64,000 nucleotides of DNA from positions 64,001 to 128,000 of the IMG/VR virus record IMGVR_UViG_3300035181_002522. One strand, 5' to 3'. Made by a program: the position numbers and the translations under genes. This DNA is from a virus. Of the stretch, positions 58,539 through 64,000 are shown piece by piece. Below the pieces are notes generated by a model. It was not told the origin of the DNA, searched no databases, and saw nothing but the letters and a program-made list of their open reading frames with translations. How positions within the stretch are numbered: position 1 is the stretch's first letter; each line of letters opens with the position of its first letter.

Positions 58539-58708
58539 TTTGTTGTGTTTGTAATAACATTTCAGATCGACAGATTATCAGTGCCATTAACGCTGGGTAT
58601 AATAAAAAACAGATAGTTAATGAATTTCGTATTGGTAAAAAATGTGGAAAATGTGTTTTATACACTAAACAGCTAATTAAAAAAACTCAAGAGGATAAAA
58701 ATGGTTAG
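58535..58708 (+). CDS. bfd: Bfd-like [2Fe-2S] ferredoxin (57 aa, not in ORF track)
   Basis: MICCVCNNISDRQI...GKKCGKC. Confidence 0.8.
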   Translation: MICCVCNNISDRQIISAINAGYNKKQIVNEFRIGKKCGKCVLYTKQLIKKTQEDKNG

Positions 58709-58902
58709 CATATTCACTATTGTCGCTGGGCTATTAATTGTTTATGGTTTGTATCGACTTTTTAAAGGCGCTTATCGTGAAGGTGCAACTGAGATTATTA
58801 TCGGTATCGCTGAGTTGATTGGACAACTGTTGGTCACTCTGCTGTAAATGTATCTACTGGTTCAAATAAATACATTTTTAAATTCGCATTTGGGGTATTC
58901 AA

Positions 58903-59505
58903 ATGATATTGGTTGAACTATTAAGCATTATGGAAGCTCGTAAAGCTGAGCTTTCTTATGAAGAGAAAAAAGTAAAAGGTGCATTAGATCGTGTTATCTT
59001 GTCATTGCAAGGTAATCAATCAGGTAAGTTCACCAAGCTAATCTCTAATTACAAAAAAATTCAAAAAGCAGTTGAAGCTCTTGCCAAAAAACAAGGCGAG
59101 CTTAATGCCCATTTGAAAGAAGAAGTTGAAGATCTATTTGATGCCGAAGATGAAGTTTACACGCGTGTAGTTGATACCATTTCAGCGACACTGACTTTGT
59201 CTAAAAAACAAAGTGTAACTACGACTAAAATTGATTATGAAGCCATTTTGGCTAAAATCACAGAGTTGCAGCCAGAGCTTGAAGAAAAAATTAAAGAGTT
59301 GACTACTGAATTTACAAAGGTGACAACTGCTGAAAAATCTCCAGCTCTTCGTACAATGATTAAAGAAGCTGAAAGTTTGGAAGAAGGCTTAAAAGAACTT
59401 GCTAAATATGTTAAAGATATTGCAAAAGCTGCCTTGTCTGCAATTAAAGGTTGGGGCAAATCTTATGACAAAAAACTTGAAAAGATTGTAGCAGAGCTAA
59501 AATAA
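58903..59505 (+). CDS. coiled-coil hypothetical protein, probably late/virion
   Basis: TAAATA upstream; IME and LEE potential protease sites. Confidence 0.65.
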   Translation: MILVELLSIMEARKAELSYEEKKVKGALDRVILSLQGNQSGKFTKLISNYKKIQKAVEALAKKQGELNAHLKEEVEDLFDAEDEVYTRVVDTISATLTLSKKQSVTTTKIDYEAILAKITELQPELEEKIKELTTEFTKVTTAEKSPALRTMIKEAESLEEGLKELAKYVKDIAKAALSAIKGWGKSYDKKLEKIVAELK

Positions 59506-59517
59506 CTTTTAAAACTG

Positions 59518-60018
59518 GTGATAGCATTGGAACTTCCAAATATTAAACGGGCTTTTGATAAAGCTCGTTCTCGCAACTGGGCCTTAATGTACTGGGCCAT
59601 CGACATTCATGAAACAATTTTAAGACCGACGTATTCTACGGAGTGGAGTACTGAGTTCTATCCAAATGCGAAGAAAGCGTTGCAGCTGCTGTCTAAACGT
59701 CGAGATTGTAAGTTGATTCTTTGGTCATCAATGACTAACTCTCAAATTCCGGATTATCTTCAATTCTTCGAAGATAACAAAATCATATTTGACCATGTCA
59801 ATGGTAACTGTGATGTACGTGATACCAAATATGCAAGCTTTAAAGAAAAATTCTACTTTAATGTCTTGATAGACAATAAAGCTGGATTTGATGCTGAGAC
59901 ACAATGGAATGATGTTATATATTCTTTGAAACTTCAGCCAGAATTGTGTTATAATAAGAACTTTAAAGCTGAGACAACTAATGAAAACGATAATTGCTGG
60001 CGGCCGAACTGTCACTAA
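59518..60018 (+). CDS. HAD-superfamily-like protein
   Basis: WAIDIHETI, LILWSS, FNVLIDNKAGF. Confidence 0.65.
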   Translation: MIALELPNIKRAFDKARSRNWALMYWAIDIHETILRPTYSTEWSTEFYPNAKKALQLLSKRRDCKLILWSSMTNSQIPDYLQFFEDNKIIFDHVNGNCDVRDTKYASFKEKFYFNVLIDNKAGFDAETQWNDVIYSLKLQPELCYNKNFKAETTNENDNCWRPNCH

Positions 60019-60322
60019 TCCAATTCTTCTTTTAGAAGCTGTTAATATTGCTGGATTTACAATAACTGAAGTTGTCTGTGGTAAAGCATGTGGTGCTGAT
60101 ACTCTTGGCGAAGAATGGGCTAAAGAAAGAAATATCCCTATCACATATTTTCCAGCTGATTGGGCAAAGCATGGTAAGTCCGCTGGATTTATTAGAAATG
60201 CTCAAATGGCGGATCACGCAGAAGCTTTAATAGCTCTTTGGGACGGTTCTTCTAAAGGCACTGGCAATATGATTGAGCTAGCAAAGAAAAAGGGCTTAAA
60301 AATTTACATTCACTACATTTAA
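59981..60322 (+). CDS. YspA/SLOG-family (DUF2493-like) protein
   Basis: IIAGGR, GADTLGEEWA, ADW..HGKSAGFIRNAQM, WDGSSKGT. Confidence 0.85.
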   Translation: MKTIIAGGRTVTNPILLLEAVNIAGFTITEVVCGKACGADTLGEEWAKERNIPITYFPADWAKHGKSAGFIRNAQMADHAEALIALWDGSSKGTGNMIELAKKKGLKIYIHYI

Positions 60323-60323
60323 A

Positions 60324-60638
60324 ATGAAACCAATCTTTTCGCCAACAGATTTTGTCAAAGCGACTGTCATAAAGCATCCATCATTATATGCTTCAGCGAA
60401 CTTTGAGACAACACAGTTTAAAGTGTTTGACCATGTGTTTAATACTATTGGGAATGGGATAAGAGGTCAACGTGGCTTTAATGAAAAACTTGCTATTTTG
60501 CGAGGAGTTGATGACTGGAAGCTATTGTCAATATCATACGATTGGAAAGCCGCAACGCATTCAAAATTGGAATGTGTATGTCGCAATCGGTTTAAACGAT
60601 TCATCGACGAAGAAAAGAGAGATTTATTCTTGAAATGA
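60324..60638 (+). CDS. hypothetical protein
   Basis: coupled ORF. Confidence 0.5.
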   Translation: MKPIFSPTDFVKATVIKHPSLYASANFETTQFKVFDHVFNTIGNGIRGQRGFNEKLAILRGVDDWKLLSISYDWKAATHSKLECVCRNRFKRFIDEEKRDLFLK

Positions 60639-60689
60639 TATGCGATTGTTAGCGAAGCCGCTACGGTTCATATTTACATTTAAGGTGAA

Positions 60690-60965
60690 ATGATGGAACT
60701 AATTGTATATGTCAATCGATATAGTTACTGGAATATGTATTTTGGAATGACATTTGTTCCATCAATTAATGGACGTTCATTGTCAGATGAATTCATTAAC
60801 ATTTTCTTTTTAGATAATGACCCTAATCGAATTAAAGAGTTTTGGGATCTTCCAGAAGAAGTTATTGAGTCATATGTTGAAAAAACTTTGCAATGGACTC
60901 CTAGGCCTGAAAAATCATTTAACGAAGAAGGCTTTGAATTTACCGCGTTTAGTAAAATATTATGA
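60690..60965 (+). CDS. hypothetical protein
   Basis: AGGTG RBS. Confidence 0.55.
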   Translation: MMELIVYVNRYSYWNMYFGMTFVPSINGRSLSDEFINIFFLDNDPNRIKEFWDLPEEVIESYVEKTLQWTPRPEKSFNEEGFEFTAFSKIL

Positions 60966-61153
60966 ATAAATTGCTTGCCCAATTAATAAATTGCCGAAGC
61001 GAAATAGATCAGCTAATAGCAAAACGAGATTTTTTAAAAATGAATAATGTGGCTGGTTCTTTTACGTCACTCATTTCAAATTATGACTTTTCAATTATGG
61101 TAAATAAACAGAGAGAACAATCAATAGTGAGGTTCTTGAATTTTTTATCATAG
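60962..61153 (+). CDS. hypothetical protein
   Basis: coupled ORF. Confidence 0.45.
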   Translation: MNKLLAQLINCRSEIDQLIAKRDFLKMNNVAGSFTSLISNYDFSIMVNKQREQSIVRFLNFLS

Positions 61154-61162
61154 GAGGAAAGC

Positions 61163-61342
61163 ATGATTTCAACAGGAAGTGTAGTACAACTTTTAACCGG
61201 CGGTTCTAAAATGACAGTACAACAGGTTAATGGTTCAATTGTAACAACTCAGTGGTTTGAAGGAGACCAGTTGAAAACTCAACAGTTCCAGCTTAAATCA
61301 CTAAAAGAAGCTCAATTAACCGAGCAAATTTTATTTGGCTAA
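61163..61342 (+). CDS. YodC/DUF2158-like small protein (59 aa, not in ORF track)
   Basis: GSVVQLLTGGSKMTV...QWFEG; AGGAGG RBS. Confidence 0.75.
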   Translation: MISTGSVVQLLTGGSKMTVQQVNGSIVTTQWFEGDQLKTQQFQLKSLKEAQLTEQILFG

Positions 61343-61357
61343 ACATAAGGGGAAAAC

Positions 61358-61549
61358 ATGGCAGCAAAAAAACCAGTGGTACAACAAGAAAAAGTTCGTA
61401 AATCTCATGGTCGTAGTACCGTAAAGATTCCAAAGCAAGTGACTTCTTCTCCAGATAAAATCTGGCGCCGTGCAATGATCGCTGCAATTCATGAGCGAGC
61501 AGCTCGAGCGAGACATTCAAATGTCTTGTTGGACAAAGACAAAGAATAA
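61358..61549 (+). CDS. small basic protein
   Basis: AAGGGG RBS. Confidence 0.6.
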   Translation: MAAKKPVVQQEKVRKSHGRSTVKIPKQVTSSPDKIWRRAMIAAIHERAARARHSNVLLDKDKE

Positions 61550-61938
61550 TGGCTTATCACGGTTTAAATTCACCATTAGATTATGAGGAAAATACGATGA
61601 TGGTAAAACCATTTTCACCAGATGAAGCAGCAAAAGCTGCTCTTGGGCAAATCCCAGGATTTGTGATTGAAGCAGTTAATGAGTTAATTGTTGAAAACTT
61701 TGGCACTGGCAACAATATTATTGTTCTGCAAGACGACATCAAAGCTAGAGCAACTAAAAAAATGCTAGTCGAAGTGCATCATACTGATGGTGACCATCCC
61801 GTTCCAGAACCTGAATTCAATATGCAATGGCTTAATTTTGAGTCATTGTACATTGCTCAAGGCTGGCAAGTTTGGTACGAAAAGAAGCGTATTGGAGATA
61901 CCTTCGACAGTCACTTTGTGTTTTCAATTAGGGGATAA
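61549..61938 (+). CDS. hypothetical protein
   Basis: IPGFVIEAVNELI...WLNFE..Y...GW. Confidence 0.65.
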   Translation: MAYHGLNSPLDYEENTMMVKPFSPDEAAKAALGQIPGFVIEAVNELIVENFGTGNNIIVLQDDIKARATKKMLVEVHHTDGDHPVPEPEFNMQWLNFESLYIAQGWQVWYEKKRIGDTFDSHFVFSIRG

Positions 61939-62310
61939 ATGAAAGACGGTCATTATTCTAAGCTGCAGGTTTTAAAATCTGCAGCTGGTTTTTACGTTGG
62001 AAGATTGTTTAGATACTTAAATGGAGATGAAACTCCAGGTTCTCGTGATTCAGAGTATTTTAGCACTAAAGAAGAAGCTGAAGAAGCTTTAGCTGAAATG
62101 CAAGGATTTAGACAATTGTGTACTGGTGTAGATGAAGTTAAAATAGCTGAACTTATTGCTGAAATATTAGAAGATGAACCAGAAATGGTTCATGATACTA
62201 AAGCTATCATTAGACAAGTGATGGCAACTACACGAGGAAGATGGAATCCAGTGGCGATTACGCAGATTGTCGAAGATTACATCGAAATGCTAAAGTTTCA
62301 AAAGCTATAA
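61939..62310 (+). CDS. hypothetical protein
   Basis: LQVLKSAAGFYVG..SRDS.YF; C-terminal QVMATTRGRWNP is GatB-tail-like. Confidence 0.6.
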   Translation: MKDGHYSKLQVLKSAAGFYVGRLFRYLNGDETPGSRDSEYFSTKEEAEEALAEMQGFRQLCTGVDEVKIAELIAEILEDEPEMVHDTKAIIRQVMATTRGRWNPVAITQIVEDYIEMLKFQKL

Positions 62311-62372
62311 ATAAAGATGTACTTTTTGAAAAAAGGTGATAGAATAATTCTTTGATTTAAAGTATTATTTGC

Positions 62373-62444
62373 TCCGCGCAATGCACAAGGTGTGCAGCCG
62401 GACTGTTAATCCGTGTGAGCGGGGTTCGATTCCCTGGGGCGGAG
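62373..62444 (+). tRNA. tRNA-Asn(GTT), no encoded CCA
   Basis: CGGA-CTGTTAA-TCCG, T loop TTCGATT. Confidence 0.85.
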
Positions 62445-62491
62445 CAAATAATATTTGAAAAATTATTTTAACAATTCTTTGAGTAGTAGAA

Positions 62492-62863
62492 ATGAAAACT
62501 TCAGGTTTTGACGAATTGATAACTAAGCTTGATGTCGAAGCTGAGAGAGATCCTGAAGTTAAAGCTTCTTTAGAAGAAGGCAGAGCTTGGGCAAAGCAAG
62601 TTGTTGATAATTTGTTGAAAGATTTAGTAAAAAGACATCGAAGCTTTAGACGAAGATATGCGATGCAAATTGCAGATAGGTCTTTAAAACTGTTTAAGAG
62701 CAATTTAACTAGAATACCTAAACCTAAATTTTGGTATCCAGTCGAAAAATCTTCTTATTCAAAAAGCTTAAGTCGATATCCTCGATATGATAAGTTGATA
62801 GGTTGGCATAAGCAATGTATTAAGACTTGTAGAATTGGTGTTTGGTTATATACTAAACGCTAG
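62492..62863 (+). CDS. hypothetical protein
   Basis: ORF. Confidence 0.45.
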   Translation: MKTSGFDELITKLDVEAERDPEVKASLEEGRAWAKQVVDNLLKDLVKRHRSFRRRYAMQIADRSLKLFKSNLTRIPKPKFWYPVEKSSYSKSLSRYPRYDKLIGWHKQCIKTCRIGVWLYTKR

Positions 62864-63420
62864 GAACAATAGTGAAATTAGAAGATCTTTTCGAAATGTT
62901 GCCAAAAAAAATGAACCATTAGATTGGTTTGAATTGAATGATCCAGAGCAAAATCGAAAAGAATATACTAAAAGATTGCGTGGAAATTTTAGATATAAAA
63001 AGATTATATTAAAAATCTCTGAAACTGCTGCAATTTATAAACATGGCAGTGAATTTTTTTTGTATGGATGCAAAATTACAACGCATCACATACTATATGT
63101 CTTATGAAGTTGCACGACATAAAACTATTGGTGATTATGTTTGGCAAAGTTTAGTTTGGAGATATCAACCTTTAGCTAGAGAGTATTTAGAAAAAATTCC
63201 AGCAAAAATATTTTGGGAACAATTATTTCCTAAATTTAGCACTATTATTACTGATAGTAAGCAAACTTGGAATGGTAGAAGCTTTTGGGAATTATTGATA
63301 GCAGAAGCTCTCAAAAAGAACTCAATGCTTATTATTTTGATTTTGCAAAAAATCAACTAGAAAAGCTGAAAGATTTGATGAATTAAGAATTTTTCAATAG
63401 AAGTACAATATTTGTGGAGA
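62835..63420 (+). pseudogene. frameshifted paralog of 55264-55884
   Basis: WQSLVWR...IPAKIFW...IITDSKQTWNGRSFWE split over frames. Confidence 0.55.
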
Positions 63421-63698
63421 TCAAAATGCAAATGCGTTAAGACGAATGTTGATTACTTCAAAAGATTTAAAAACGTATAAATAAAGTTGTACAAATTAAA
63501 AACGATAGAACAATTATATTCTATCATTTAAACAAATTTCATCTAACACTAACGGACAAAGAAAATGAAGCATTTTACAAAGCGACATCGATTTTGGCAA
63601 GTTCAAAGGAGCTTGGTAAAACGTTAGTGTCATCTTAAACTCCGTTCAAGTTGGTTTAAGGTGGCACGGTAAATCACCTTAAACTTGAAAACATGAAT

Positions 63699-63773
63699 GG
63701 AGCTGTCGTACAAAGGTTAGTATACCGGATTTTTAATCCGGGTATCTAGGTTTGAATCCCAGCCGCTCCACCA
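63699..63773 (+). tRNA. tRNA-Lys(TTT)
   Basis: CCGGA-TTTTTAA-TCCGG, CCA; mismatches in T arm. Confidence 0.85.
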
Positions 63774-63797
63774 AATAATTACCAAGTGATAATTGGT

Positions 63798-63874
63798 GTG
63801 AAGGTAGCTTAACTAGGTAAAGTTCTTAGCTGTGAACTAAGAGGATGCGAGTTCAAATCTCGTTCTTCACCCCA
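63798..63874 (+). tRNA. tRNA-His(GTG)
   Basis: CTTAG-CTGTGAA-CTAAG, C discriminator, CCA; -1 base is T rather than G. Confidence 0.9.
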
Positions 63875-63900
63875 ATTATCATTTAAACAAAATAAAATTA

Positions 63901-63976
63901 GGGTCTCTGGCAGTGATGGTTCATGCGCCGGACTGAAAATCCGAGGATACTGGTTCGATCCCAGTGGGGCCCACCA
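63901..63976 (+). tRNA. tRNA-Phe(GAA)
   Basis: CGGA-CTGAAAA-TCCG, canonical T arm, CCA. Confidence 0.92.
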
Positions 63977-64000
63977 AATATAAAATAGGTCTCAAGTGTT

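Noticed and set aside
1-64000. Alternative genetic code (TAG or TGA recoding)
   Set aside because: All core genes are full length in code 11 and all three stop codons terminate genes

Overview
AT-rich segment of a large T4-like (myovirus, probably jumbo) phage genome. Positions 1-22.5 kb (mostly - strand) hold PhoH, a vWA protein, the head module (gp23 capsid, gp22 scaffold, gp21 protease, gp20 portal), a tape-measure-like protein, a tail-chaperone pair linked by a probable -1 frameshift, a Holliday-junction resolvase, gp46/gp47 and a gp55 late sigma factor. Positions 22.6-35.3 kb (+ strand) are the baseplate module with a homing endonuclease. A 0.9-kb non-coding array of structured repeats (35.3-36.2 kb) separates this from a 28-kb accessory region containing small ORFs, CoA-biosynthesis genes (CoaE-CoaD fusion, panD), decayed homing endonucleases and about 10 conventional tRNAs. 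The most striking content is a set of non-standard tRNA-derived RNAs. Six RNAs share one covarying stem/internal-loop/UUAUC module: three carry it inserted inside tRNA bodies and three are free-standing in the circularly permuted, Y-RNA(YrlA)-like order. There is also a ~410-nt RNA with two circularly permuted tRNA mimics, two tRNA-like RNAs whose anticodon arm is a loop-less palindrome, a tRNA-Leu with a 33-nt hairpin at the classic UAA intron site, a tRNA with a nested second T-loop, and an amber-anticodon tRNA. All protein calls are by motif recognition and gene context; no database searches or folding programs were run.
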